NCBI GenBank assembly: GCA_963616155.1
Contig: CAVEJY010000167.1
Span: 12,810-36,809 of the forward strand
DNA length: 24,000 bases
Direction: 5' to 3'
Source: Acutalibacteraceae bacterium
Lineage (GTDB): Bacteria > Bacteroidota > Bacteroidia > Bacteroidales > Bacteroidaceae
The notes under the pieces were generated by a model. It was not told the DNA's origin. It was given only the letters and a program-made list of their open reading frames with translations, and made no database searches. Below are positions 14,325-23,498 of this stretch, one piece after another. Numbering within the stretch: the first letter of the stretch is position 1; each line of letters opens with the position of its first letter. A program made the position numbers and the translations under genes.

Positions 14325-17300
14325 ATGAGTAAAGACTTTAAACCTAAAACCCAGATGAAAACAGCGTTACTTGCTTGTGCGTTGATTTCGATGTCTCCTG
14401 CGTTTGCTCCCGATGCCACGGCAAAAGCCGACAACTTTGCGCCGCCAGCCATCCAGCAGCAGAAGAAAGTAGCAACCGGACGTGTGGTTGACAACCTCGG
14501 AGAGCCGCTCATCGGTGTAACCGTGATGGAGGCAGGCACATCGAACGGTGCAGTGACAGATGTGGATGGAAATTTCACATTGAGTTTGAACAAACCTAAT
14601 GGAAAAATCACGGTTTCTTATATTGGCTACAATTCCCAGACCCTCGCTCCTTCAAGCAACATGAAGATTACCATGACCCCCGAGGACCGCGAGCTGAACG
14701 AAGTCGTGGTGGTGGGCTACGGCACACAGAAGAAGGTGAACCTCACGGGTTCCGTATCTTCTGTGGACAGCAAGGTGCTGGAGAGCCGTCCTATCCAGAA
14801 CCTCCAGAGTGGTCTGCAGGGCTTGATGCCCGGTGTGACCATCAGCGGCACCAACGGTGCGCCGGGTATGGATGCCGGTAGCATCAACGTGCGCGGTGTG
14901 GGAACCCTCAACACTTCCTCTCCCTATATCTTGATTGACGGCGTGGAGTCGGGAACGATGAGCAGCCTCGACCCCAACGACATCGAGAGCATCTCCGTAT
15001 TGAAGGACGCAGCCTCCGCCGCCATCTACGGATCGAAGGCCGCCAACGGCGTTATCCTGATCACCACCAAGCGTGGAAAGAACGGCAAGCCACAGGTGTC
15101 CTACAACGGATACATCAGTGTGCAGAACCCCACGACACTGGTCGACCGACTCAGTTCCTACGACTATGCCCATATGTTCAACGATGCCCTTGAGAGCGAA
15201 GGCAAGGCAAAGAAATTCGTCACCGAGGAGGAGATTGCCGCCCTCCCCAACACCGACTGGTACGACCTCGCCTACAAGACTGGCTCCCTGCAGCACCACA
15301 ACGTGAGCGTGAACGGTGCCAACGAGGCAGTCAACTACCTCGCCTCCGTGGGCTACCTGAAGCAGTCGGGCATCCTGCCCAACGCCAGCCGTGAGCAGTT
15401 CAACGGACGCACCAACCTGGAGATGAAGCTCAACAGCCGCCTCACCGCACGCCTGAACCTCTCCTTCATCAAGAACGACTACAGCGACCCGTCCTCAGCC
15501 TATGCAGGCGGAAGTTCCGACCAGATTATCCGTCAGCTCAATCTCATCGCACCGTGGATCACCGCACGCAATGAGGACGGCACCTGGGGAACCATCTCCG
15601 ACGGTAGCCCTATCGCATGGCTCGACAACGGACTGAAGGTGACGCGCCGCAACACCAACTTCACCGGTCTTATGGGAGTGGACTATAATATCGTGGACGG
15701 ACTCACCGCCAAGATCAGTGCCTCCTATGTGAACAATAACCAGAACTACGACTACTTCCAGAACTACTTCGTATACAACGAGAACAAGACGACTGACCCC
15801 AGCTCTCATACCGAGAGTGTGTCAAAGTGGGAACGCAAGACCTTCGAGGCATTGCTCAACTACAACAAGACCTTCGGCCAGCACACCGTCGGTGCCCTGG
15901 TGGGATGGCACGCTGAGGGCTACAAGTACAAGTACTGGTACACCTATCGCAAGAACTTCCCCAACAACGAGGTGACAGACATCAATGCCGGCGACGTGTC
16001 CACCCAGCAGGCGAGCGGCTACACCCGCCAGTTGAATATGCTTTCCTGGTTCGGACGCGTGAACTACGATTTCGCGGGCCGTTACCTCTTCGAGGCCAAC
16101 CTCCGTGCCGATGCCTCCAGCCGTTTCGCCGACGGTCACCGCTGGGGCTACTTCCCGTCGTTCTCCGCAGGATGGCGCGTCAGCGAGGAGCCGTTCATGG
16201 AGAGTGCCAAGTCATGGCTCTCCAACTTCAAGATCCGTGGATCCTGGGGTATGCTGGGTAACCAGGAGGCCCTGAGCGACTACTATCCCGCCATCAACAC
16301 CTATAGCATCGGAGCCAAGTATGCCTTCGACGGAAAGGTGAACTCCGGCTACTACCAGAGCTCCTACAAGATCAACACCATCACATGGGAGAAGGCCACC
16401 ACATGGGGCGTGGGCGTAGACCTCGGATTCCTCAACGGCAAGATCAATGCCACCGTAGACTACTACAACCGCCTCACCGACGGCATCCTCATCTCCGTGG
16501 ACGCACCTTACGAGTTCGCCTTGGGCAGCTACCTCGATAACGTGGGCAAGATGCGCAACCAGGGTGTTGAAATCGGTGTCAACTACAACGACAAGTTCGG
16601 GCAGGTGACCTTCGGTGCCGGCTTCAACGTGGCGTACAACAAGAACAAGATCGAGAGCATGCCCGGCAAGGGCTACGTCAGCACAGGCTACAACCAGCGC
16701 AACGCTACGGGCGAGGAGTACAACAGCTACTACATCTACCAGGCAGACGGCTTCTTCAGCTCCGATGCAGAAGCCAAGGAGTACATGGACTACTACTGGC
16801 CGGCAGACGGGTCCAAGGGATCATGCCCCTTCTCCGGCGGAGAGTTCAAGGGCGGTGACCTGAAGTATGTCGACACCAACGGCGACGGCAAGATCAATGC
16901 CGACGACCGCATCTATGCCGGCAGCTCCGTGCCACGCTGGACCTTCGGACTGAACCTCAACGCAGGATGGAAGGGCTTCGACCTGTCGCTGTTCTTCAAC
17001 GGACAGTTCAAGGCCTACCGCTACTTCGATGCCTATGAGGTGGAAGGAGCGTTCGTGGGCGACAGCTCCCACCCGGCCACCATCTGGAAGGACTCCTGGA
17101 CCTACAACAAGAGCAACCCCAAGATGCCGCGCCTCTTCACGGGAACCAACTCCCCCAGCTCCACGAGAAACGTGACGTCCACGTTCTGGCTCAAGAACGT
17201 GTCCTACTGCCGGTTGAAGAACCTGCAGTTCGGCTACTCACTGCCCAAGTCGGCACTGGCGTTCCTTCATGTCAACAAGGTACGCGTGTACTATTCCTGC

Positions 17301-17420
17301 GAGAATCTGTTCACCATCGACAACCTCGACATCAACATCGACCCGGAGGCCACCAGCCAGCGACTCAGCTCCTATCCGCTGCTTCGCACCCACTCCTTCG
17401 GCTTGAGCGTAACATTCTAA
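14325..17420 (+). CDS. SusC/RagA-family TonB-dependent outer-membrane transporter (complete)
   Basis: It has a carboxypeptidase-regulatory-like N-domain (GRVVDNLGEPLIGVTVMEAGTSNGAVTDVDGNF) and a plug start (EVVVVGYGTQKKVNLTGSVSSV). The barrel ends in SVTF. There is no STN/anti-sigma signalling domain. The start is the ATG at 14325 (an alternative is 14355); the track's 14319 is a TTG. Confidence 0.95.
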   Translation: MSKDFKPKTQMKTALLACALISMSPAFAPDATAKADNFAPPAIQQQKKVATGRVVDNLGEPLIGVTVMEAGTSNGAVTDVDGNFTLSLNKPNGKITVSYIGYNSQTLAPSSNMKITMTPEDRELNEVVVVGYGTQKKVNLTGSVSSVDSKVLESRPIQNLQSGLQGLMPGVTISGTNGAPGMDAGSINVRGVGTLNTSSPYILIDGVESGTMSSLDPNDIESISVLKDAASAAIYGSKAANGVILITTKRGKNGKPQVSYNGYISVQNPTTLVDRLSSYDYAHMFNDALESEGKAKKFVTEEEIAALPNTDWYDLAYKTGSLQHHNVSVNGANEAVNYLASVGYLKQSGILPNASREQFNGRTNLEMKLNSRLTARLNLSFIKNDYSDPSSAYAGGSSDQIIRQLNLIAPWITARNEDGTWGTISDGSPIAWLDNGLKVTRRNTNFTGLMGVDYNIVDGLTAKISASYVNNNQNYDYFQNYFVYNENKTTDPSSHTESVSKWERKTFEALLNYNKTFGQHTVGALVGWHAEGYKYKYWYTYRKNFPNNEVTDINAGDVSTQQASGYTRQLNMLSWFGRVNYDFAGRYLFEANLRADASSRFADGHRWGYFPSFSAGWRVSEEPFMESAKSWLSNFKIRGSWGMLGNQEALSDYYPAINTYSIGAKYAFDGKVNSGYYQSSYKINTITWEKATTWGVGVDLGFLNGKINATVDYYNRLTDGILISVDAPYEFALGSYLDNVGKMRNQGVEIGVNYNDKFGQVTFGAGFNVAYNKNKIESMPGKGYVSTGYNQRNATGEEYNSYYIYQADGFFSSDAEAKEYMDYYWPADGSKGSCPFSGGEFKGGDLKYVDTNGDGKINADDRIYAGSSVPRWTFGLNLNAGWKGFDLSLFFNGQFKAYRYFDAYEVEGAFVGDSSHPATIWKDSWTYNKSNPKMPRLFTGTNSPSSTRNVTSTFWLKNVSYCRLKNLQFGYSLPKSALAFLHVNKVRVYYSCENLFTIDNLDINIDPEATSQRLSSYPLLRTHSFGLSVTF

Positions 17421-17438
17421 GTAACCTTATAAAAAGAT

Positions 17439-19109
17439 ATGATTATGAGACATCTTAAAAAATACATATTCATCGGCATGGCGGCACTCCTCACCACCTC
17501 ATGCTCCGATTTCCTGGACACGAACCCAAAGGATGCCCTTTCGCCTGCGACCACATGGAAATCACAGGATGACGCAGACAAGTTCCTCGTGGGATGTTAC
17601 AACAACTGGCAAGACAACTACGACAGCGGATGGGGCTGGGACGGATTCCTCCTCTACTGGGACGGTGCCTCCGACTTCGGCTACGACCAGTTCTCGTGGG
17701 AGGGCTATACAGCCATCGGCAACGGAACCCTGACCGCCAGCAGCGGCAGGGACTGGTATAGCTTCACCATCGTGAGACGCTGCAACGAGTTCCTCGCCAA
17801 TATCGACAACTGCAACATCTCCGACGAGGCGGTGAAGAACGACATGAAGGCACAGGCACGCTGGATCCGCGCCTACCGCTATTTCCTCATGAACTGGAAC
17901 TATGGCGGCGTGCCCATCATCGAGAACTACGCCACCGCAGAGGAGGCCACCGTGGCACGCAACAGCGAGCAGGAGGTGAAGGAGTTCATCGAGAAGGAGC
18001 TTGACGAACTGGTGAACGACATCAACGTAGGTCCGTCGGCAAGCGGACGCATCGCCAAGGGTGCTGCCCTGGCACTCCGTATGCGCGAGGCCCTGTATTA
18101 CGGTGACTATTCGACGGCACTCGACCGCGCCCAAAAGATCATCGACCTCGGCCTGTATGCCCTCGATCCCGACTATTCCAACCTCTTCAAGGTAGCAGGA
18201 CAGAACTCCAGCGAGATTATCCTCGCCGTGCAGGCTGTGGAGAACGACTACTACAATGACGTGATTGGACGTATGTACAACAATGCCGACGGCGGATGGT
18301 CGTCTATCGTCCCCACCTATGCACTGGTGGATGCCTACGAGATGGCGAACGGCATGACCATCGACGAGGCAGGTTCGGGCTATGACGCCACCCATCCTTT
18401 CGCCAACCGTGACCCGCGTCTGGCGATGACCGTCACCTTCCCCGGCAGCGACTACATCAACGGCAGCGGCAAGAATGCCATCTACAACAGCCTTGACAAG
18501 GAAATCGACGGCAACGCCAACGCCAACTACATGACGGCGGCCGACAACGCCTCCAAGACGGGACTTACATGGGCGAAGTACCTGGCTCCGATGAACCAGT
18601 ACTCTGACATCTGGAACACCACCTGCCAGCCCATCGTCTTCCGCTACGCCGAGGTGCTGCTTACCTACTGCGAGGCATCCAATGAGCTGACCGGTCCTTC
18701 CGCGCAGGTGTACAATTACCTGAATGCCATCCGTCAGCGTGCGGGGATGCCCAAGGTGGACGAGGCCAAGTACAACACCAAGGACAAGCTGCGCGAGTTG
18801 ATCCGCCGTGAGCGTTCCGTGGAGCTCGCCGGCGAAGGCCTTCGCCGCGACGACATCCTCCGCTGGAAGGATACCAACGGAAAGATGCTGGCAGAGACTG
18901 TTCTCAACGGCACCCTTGAGCGCCGCATCGGAACTGTCAATATGGACGCTTCGGTAGATCCGGGAATGCGCGCCACCATCAACGTCAATGCCTCTGCAGA
19001 GGAGAAGAAAATAGAGACCCGCACGTTCAAGACGACCAACCGCTATCTCCCCATCCCGCAGGGTGCCCTTGATGCCAACACCAAGTTGACTCAGAATGAC
19101 GGATACTAA
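17439..19109 (+). CDS. SusD/RagB-family outer-membrane glycan-binding lipoprotein
   Basis: LLTTSCSDFLDTNPKDALS is the classic SusD N-terminus with a lipobox. The C-terminal RRERSVELAGEGLRRDDILRW motif is present. The gene starts 18 nt after SusC. Confidence 0.95.
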   Translation: MIMRHLKKYIFIGMAALLTTSCSDFLDTNPKDALSPATTWKSQDDADKFLVGCYNNWQDNYDSGWGWDGFLLYWDGASDFGYDQFSWEGYTAIGNGTLTASSGRDWYSFTIVRRCNEFLANIDNCNISDEAVKNDMKAQARWIRAYRYFLMNWNYGGVPIIENYATAEEATVARNSEQEVKEFIEKELDELVNDINVGPSASGRIAKGAALALRMREALYYGDYSTALDRAQKIIDLGLYALDPDYSNLFKVAGQNSSEIILAVQAVENDYYNDVIGRMYNNADGGWSSIVPTYALVDAYEMANGMTIDEAGSGYDATHPFANRDPRLAMTVTFPGSDYINGSGKNAIYNSLDKEIDGNANANYMTAADNASKTGLTWAKYLAPMNQYSDIWNTTCQPIVFRYAEVLLTYCEASNELTGPSAQVYNYLNAIRQRAGMPKVDEAKYNTKDKLRELIRRERSVELAGEGLRRDDILRWKDTNGKMLAETVLNGTLERRIGTVNMDASVDPGMRATINVNASAEEKKIETRTFKTTNRYLPIPQGALDANTKLTQNDGY

Positions 19110-19156
19110 TACATTTGGTTTGACAAGTCGTTTGCCCCAAACGGATTAAACGACAA

Positions 19157-19204
19157 AGCCCACAGGTTCTCTCACTTTCGAGAAGCCTGTGGGCTGTTTT
19201 TTTT
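19157..19204. terminator. Bidirectional intrinsic terminator between the convergent SusD and MFS genes
   Basis: AGCCCACAGG+TTCTC (19157-19171) pairs with GAGAA+g+CCTGTGGGCT (19180-19195), 15 bp with one bulge. Eight T follow at 19197-19204. On the other strand the hairpin is followed by TTGTCGTTT. Confidence 0.8.
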
Positions 19205-19219
19205 GATAGTCAGTTGGTT

Positions 19220-20434
19220 TTATTTTCTGATCTTGTATCCGTGCATGCTATAATATAAGATGTAGAGGAAGCAGGGCAGGCAGAGCCAGTACGCCGACTG
19301 CGCGCCGATGGCGTCCTTCAGACTGCCGTAGAGCGTGGGCAGCACGGCGCCGCCGAACATCGCCATGATGAGCAGCGAGGAGCCAGCCTTGGTGAATTTG
19401 CCCAAGTCTGCCATTGCCAACGGCCACAGTGCCGGCCACATCAAGGAGCAACCCAGTGCCATCAGCGAGATGAAGTAGATGGACAGGTCAGCGGGCGTGA
19501 GCACCACGAGCAGCGAACCTGCGATGGCGAGCCAGGAACAGATCTTCAGTGCCGCAGCCTGGCTCAGGTATTTCGGGATGAAGATGATGCCGCAGATGTA
19601 GCCCACCACGATGCCGATGGGGGCAATCCAGGCGTAGTTGGCGGCTCCGGGCAATCCCAAGGAGTTGGCGTAGTCCACCAGGGTACCCAACGATACGGTC
19701 TCCACGCCCACATACAGGAAGAGGGCGAGACAGCCTAAGAGCAGGTGGGGGAACTGGAACACGGAGGTCTTCGTGGCGGCATACGGACAGGCGGCAGCCT
19801 CCTCCGCATTGTCGTCCTCTCCGGCGGCCTTCACCTCAGGCAGCGGAGCGAAGAAGGCGAGCACGCCCAGGGCAAGGAAGGCGATGATGATGATCCAGAA
19901 AGGCTTGCTCAGGTCCTCGATGCCGATGAGGTTCACGTCCTTGCCTAACAGCCACACGATGAAGAGCGAGGGGATGGGCCAAGCCAGCTTGTTGCAGATA
20001 CCCATGATGCTGATGCGCTTCGCCGCACTCTCCAGCGGGCCCAGGATGGTGATGTAGGGGTTCACCGATGCCTGCAGGTAGGCGTTGGCGGCACCGCTGA
20101 TGAAGGATGCCAGCAGGAACAGCGGGAAACTCTTCTCTCCGGCGGAGAGGATGAAGAGGTAGAACGCCACGGCGAAGATGAAGAACGACAGTGCCATTGT
20201 CTTCTTGTAGCCAATCGCCTTGATGGTGAGTCCCGCCGGATAGCCGAAGATGAGGAACGGGATGAAGGTTGCCGCGATGATGAGGTAGGAGGCGGCGTTG
20301 GAGATGCCCAGCGATGTCTGCAGCACCGGCACTAACAGCGAGTTGATGCCGAGGGCGAAGCCCAACGAGAAGAACATGATTCCGATGAACGACAAAGGAA
20401 TCGCGAAGTTTTTGGATGATGTTTTATTTTCCAT
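19220..20434 (-). CDS. MFS sugar:H+ symporter of the FucP/GluP (glucose/galactose/fucose) type
   Basis: It starts MENKTSSKNFAIPLSFIGIMFFSLGFALG at the ATG whose complement is 20432-20434. It has about 12 hydrophobic segments, and the GYPAGLTIKAIGYKKTMALS loop resembles the FucP/GluP family. The 18-codon upstream extension in the track is AT-rich leader. Confidence 0.85.
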   Translation of the reverse strand: MENKTSSKNFAIPLSFIGIMFFSLGFALGINSLLVPVLQTSLGISNAASYLIIAATFIPFLIFGYPAGLTIKAIGYKKTMALSFFIFAVAFYLFILSAGEKSFPLFLLASFISGAANAYLQASVNPYITILGPLESAAKRISIMGICNKLAWPIPSLFIVWLLGKDVNLIGIEDLSKPFWIIIIAFLALGVLAFFAPLPEVKAAGEDDNAEEAAACPYAATKTSVFQFPHLLLGCLALFLYVGVETVSLGTLVDYANSLGLPGAANYAWIAPIGIVVGYICGIIFIPKYLSQAAALKICSWLAIAGSLLVVLTPADLSIYFISLMALGCSLMWPALWPLAMADLGKFTKAGSSLLIMAMFGGAVLPTLYGSLKDAIGAQSAYWLCLPCFLYILYYSMHGYKIRK

Positions 20435-20485
20435 AATGATACATAAGTTAGTTGTTTTGTATTGGATGATGATGCAATAGTGCTG

Positions 20486-20493
20486 CAAAATTA
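20486..20493 (-). promoter_or_regulatory. Possible -7 box (TAATTTTG on the minus strand) for the MFS gene
   Basis: It matches TAnnTTTG about 50 nt upstream of the ATG. No TTG occurs at the 23-nt spacing. A second candidate, TATTTTTG, lies at 20558-20565 on the minus strand. Confidence 0.3.
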
Positions 20494-20599
20494 AGCATTT
20501 TTATGCGAATACCGACCAAAAACCTTGCAAAACGCTCTTCAATTTAATGTTTTTTGCCAAAAATAAGTTTTCGACGCGTGTTTCTTGTCATAAAAATCC

Positions 20600-21754
20600 T
20601 TATTCCTTCTTCAAGAACCGCTTGGCGAGCCATTTGCGGACGGGGAGGTCGTAGAGCCTCAGGCACAACCATGCCGTGACGACGGAGGCGGCGCAGGTGA
20701 TGAGTGCCTCGGGCCACGTCTCGCCGAGGGTGAAGAGCTGCCGGTCGATGAGCCAGGCGTAGAAGTAGTACATGAAAGGATAATGCACGATGTAGAGAGG
20801 GAAGGAGATGTCGCCAAGGAAGTTGCAGACGTGCGTGCTGAAGCGGTCGGTCGTCAGCCCCGACGCTCCCACCAATACGATGGCAGGGAAGAGGAAGAGG
20901 ATGCAGACGGCCTCGTAGATGCCGTTGAGGCAGAGGGTGCCGTTGCCCTCGATGTAGGGAATGTGGAGCAGCATAATCAGCAGGACGGAGCAGTCCCAGA
21001 ACGCTCCCTTCACCTTGAAGGGCTTGAAGATGCGCGAGAGGTACATGCCGATGGTGAAGGGGCAGAACATGCGCAGCAGTCCGCCTGCGAAGTTGAGGCC
21101 GTCGAGTGTCCATCCCACGCCGAACATCCCGTAGCCCGAGGGGTCGGTGACGGTGAACCACGCCAGTGCCACGGAGAGCACTGCCGCCAGGATGCCGAGG
21201 TTCCTCGTGGAGAGGCGGCGGAGGAAGAGGGCGTAGAGGATGTTGCCGATGTACTCGAAGAACAGCGACCATGCGGGGCCGTTCAGGGGATACATCTCGC
21301 CGTTGCCCCTCACCTCGTAGCTGCAGCCCGGCACCGCCGGTATCATGAACATGGCGCAGAGCAGGGCAATCATCATCGCCGAGGTGGTGGCGCGGGTGCC
21401 GTCCCATGTCACGGCTCCCTGCAGGAGGAACATCACGAGCCCGATCACGGCTCCCATCACCACCATCGGGTGCAGGCGGATGATGCGGCGCTTCAGGAAG
21501 CCTGCCATGCTGAGCGACTTGCCCCAGCGGTCGTCGTAGGCGTAGCCGATGACGAAGCCGGAGAGGATGAAGAAGAAGTCCACCGCCAGGTAACCGTGGT
21601 TCATCTCCTTGATGATGGCGGCTCCCGAGCCAAACTGGAATCCCTCGAACACGTGATACCATACGACGAGCAGTGCCGCCACGCCGCGCAGCCCGTCGAG
21701 GAGGGCATAATGGGGCTTGGTATCGGAAAAGTGGGTTGTGTCTTTGCTGTTCAT
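20600..21754 (-). CDS. Acyltransferase family 3 (PF01757-type) integral membrane protein
   Basis: The N-terminal LDGLRGVAALLVVWYH signature contains the conserved Arg and His of the family. The protein has about 10 hydrophobic segments. It starts MNSKDTTHF at the ATG whose complement is 21752-21754. Confidence 0.9.
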   Translation of the reverse strand: MNSKDTTHFSDTKPHYALLDGLRGVAALLVVWYHVFEGFQFGSGAAIIKEMNHGYLAVDFFFILSGFVIGYAYDDRWGKSLSMAGFLKRRIIRLHPMVVMGAVIGLVMFLLQGAVTWDGTRATTSAMMIALLCAMFMIPAVPGCSYEVRGNGEMYPLNGPAWSLFFEYIGNILYALFLRRLSTRNLGILAAVLSVALAWFTVTDPSGYGMFGVGWTLDGLNFAGGLLRMFCPFTIGMYLSRIFKPFKVKGAFWDCSVLLIMLLHIPYIEGNGTLCLNGIYEAVCILFLFPAIVLVGASGLTTDRFSTHVCNFLGDISFPLYIVHYPFMYYFYAWLIDRQLFTLGETWPEALITCAASVVTAWLCLRLYDLPVRKWLAKRFLKKE

Positions 21755-21778
21755 TGCTAATTGTTTTTTTTTGTGGCG

Positions 21779-21810
21779 CAAAGATAGGGCTTTTATCCGA
21801 CACTCCCAAA
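21779..21810 (-). promoter_or_regulatory. Bacteroidota-type promoter for the acyltransferase (minus strand: -33 TTTG at 21810-21807, -7 TATCTTTG at 21786-21779)
   Basis: Both boxes are present with the same 23-nt TTG-to-TA spacing as the promoters at 5463 and 14234. They lie in the 73-nt gap after the upstream glycosidase stop. Confidence 0.5.
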
Positions 21811-21827
21811 TTTTCTTCCCGCGAATG

Positions 21828-23498
21828 TCAGTATTCGTAGAGTTTTATGTGCAGAATCTCGTTGTCGCCGCAGGAGATGCGTGCGTGGCGGCCCTGATGG
21901 TCTTGGTCGCCGTTGTAGCGGCGGATGAACTGCATCTTGCCGTCTTTGTCGAAGCCCACTTTGTCGACGAAGCCGATGCCGATGCGCTTGCCCTTGAAGG
22001 TGGGCTGCTTTGCGGCTGCGTCCTTCGTGCCGGTGTTGCCGTTGTCCACGAATCCGTCTTCGCCCAGCTTCTTTTCCTCGGTCTGCTGCTTCTCGGTCTT
22101 GCTTTGGAACACCGCCACGATGCCGTTGCCTGCCAGGATGTATTCGTTCTTGGCAATCTTCTGGATGAGTCCGCCGCCCTCGGGCCACTTGCTGCCGTCG
22201 GTGGCGCGCGGGTCCCAGGGCAGGGTGAAGAAGTGGCGGCAGGTCATCACGACATCGCCGTCCATGATGATGCGCTCTTTGTCTTCCTGGTCGAAGAGCA
22301 GTCCCCAGTTCTCGCCCTTGCCTTGGTGCTGCAGGAGGAGGGGCGAGAGCTGGCGGAGGAGGTGATAGGCGTTCTTTACCCCGTCCTTCACCTGACTGTC
22401 GGCTTGGTCGAGGGCGAAGGGACTGAAGCTGATGGCGTCGGTCTCGCCGAAGGTGTAGTAGGCCTTTGCGCCGCTGTTGATGTCGCATTTCACCTCGGGG
22501 GTGAAGAAGGGGTTATCGGCGCGCTTGTACCGGGCGACCCATCCCTTGTAGCCCGTGTCGTAGATGTCGGGGGCGAAGATGTCGATGCTCGGGGCAGCGT
22601 TCTTCCAGATGTCGATGAGGTGGGCGAGGGGTCCTGCCGAGGGATATTCGCCCGGCTTGCGTCCGCGGCTGTCCATGGCGGCGTTGACGTACATCGGGAG
22701 GTTGTGGATGGCCTTGCCAGCCGCGGCCAGCTGCTCCACATATCGGGCATAGTAGTATGCCTGGAATTTCTCGTCGGCGTAGCTGTCGGTGCCGAAAACT
22801 TCCGCCCAGGTGCCCTTCTTCTTCAGATTCAGTGCCTTGAGCAGGGAGGCGGGCACCTGTTGCCTGTAGGCTTTCTCGGCGAGGGGCGAGTGGTCGCGTG
22901 CCGATTCCAGTATGCCTATCTCGTTCTCCACTTGCATCATGACGACGGTGTTCTCCTGCCCGTCCACTGCCTTGATGTGTTTCATCAGCTCACAGAAGGC
23001 GCGCTTGTCGGCTTGCAGCAGGCGGTCGCTGAAGGCAGTGGCAATCTCTAAGGGCTTTCCGTTCCCGGTGAGGGCGCGGGGGAAACGCTTCGTGTCCTCC
23101 TTCACCCACAGCGGGGCGTAGCAGCTCATCGAGTTCTTCCATGCGCCGAACCACAGGAAGATGACCTTCATGTCGTGCTGCCTGGCGTTGGAGATGACGC
23201 TGTCCACTAAGGTGAAGTCATACTTGCCCTCCGTTGGTTCTATAAACTCCCAGTAGGCGGGCACGAAGACGGCGTTGGCTCCGCTCTGCGACACGCTCCC
23301 GAAAGCCCGGGCGATGTCTACTGGACTGGTGGCTGCCGAGTTGCTGAGTTCGCCCGCCAGCAGCAGCATGGGCTTGCCGTTTACGACGAGTTGGGTGGCG
23401 GTGCCTTGCTTTTGCAGCCTTACGCCGGCCTGGATGGGGGTGCAGCAGCACAGTGCCAGCACCATCCACAGGCTCCATTTCCTGATGTTCTTATTCAT
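21828..23498 (-). CDS. Secreted clan GH-A glycoside hydrolase, GH35-like beta-galactosidase family (possibly the type with a DUF5597-like C-terminal domain)
   Basis: The signal peptide is MNKNIRKWSLWMVLALCCCTPIQAG. The GH35/GH42-like N-terminus reads LLLAGELSNS...AYWEFIEPTEGKYDFTLVDSVISNARQHDMKVIFLWFG. The acid/base motif is QVENEIG. The exact family and specificity are unverified. Confidence 0.8.
   Translation of the reverse strand: MNKNIRKWSLWMVLALCCCTPIQAGVRLQKQGTATQLVVNGKPMLLLAGELSNSAATSPVDIARAFGSVSQSGANAVFVPAYWEFIEPTEGKYDFTLVDSVISNARQHDMKVIFLWFGAWKNSMSCYAPLWVKEDTKRFPRALTGNGKPLEIATAFSDRLLQADKRAFCELMKHIKAVDGQENTVVMMQVENEIGILESARDHSPLAEKAYRQQVPASLLKALNLKKKGTWAEVFGTDSYADEKFQAYYYARYVEQLAAAGKAIHNLPMYVNAAMDSRGRKPGEYPSAGPLAHLIDIWKNAAPSIDIFAPDIYDTGYKGWVARYKRADNPFFTPEVKCDINSGAKAYYTFGETDAISFSPFALDQADSQVKDGVKNAYHLLRQLSPLLLQHQGKGENWGLLFDQEDKERIIMDGDVVMTCRHFFTLPWDPRATDGSKWPEGGGLIQKIAKNEYILAGNGIVAVFQSKTEKQQTEEKKLGEDGFVDNGNTGTKDAAAKQPTFKGKRIGIGFVDKVGFDKDGKMQFIRRYNGDQDHQGRHARISCGDNEILHIKLYEY

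Noticed and set aside
20435-20488. 18-codon N-terminal extension of the MFS gene (MQHYCIIIQYKTTNLCII)
   Set aside because: The segment is AT-rich and leader-like, and it would overlap the candidate -7 box. MENKTSS at 20434 gives a normal MFS N-terminus.
20544-21809. 421-aa same-strand, out-of-frame ORF over the acyltransferase gene, and the 325-aa plus-strand ORF at 20783-21760
   Set aside because: The products are Arg/Pro/His/Gly-rich, which is typical of off-frame translation of GC-rich coding DNA. The 20600-21754 frame carries the acyltransferase-3 signature and TM helices.
21717-23051. 444-aa plus-strand ORF opposite the GH35-like gene, and nested ORFs at 21793-22488 and 21845-22156
   Set aside because: These are antisense or off-frame shadows in a high-GC3 gene. 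Only the 21828-23498 minus frame has a signal peptide and the QVENEIG glycosidase motif.
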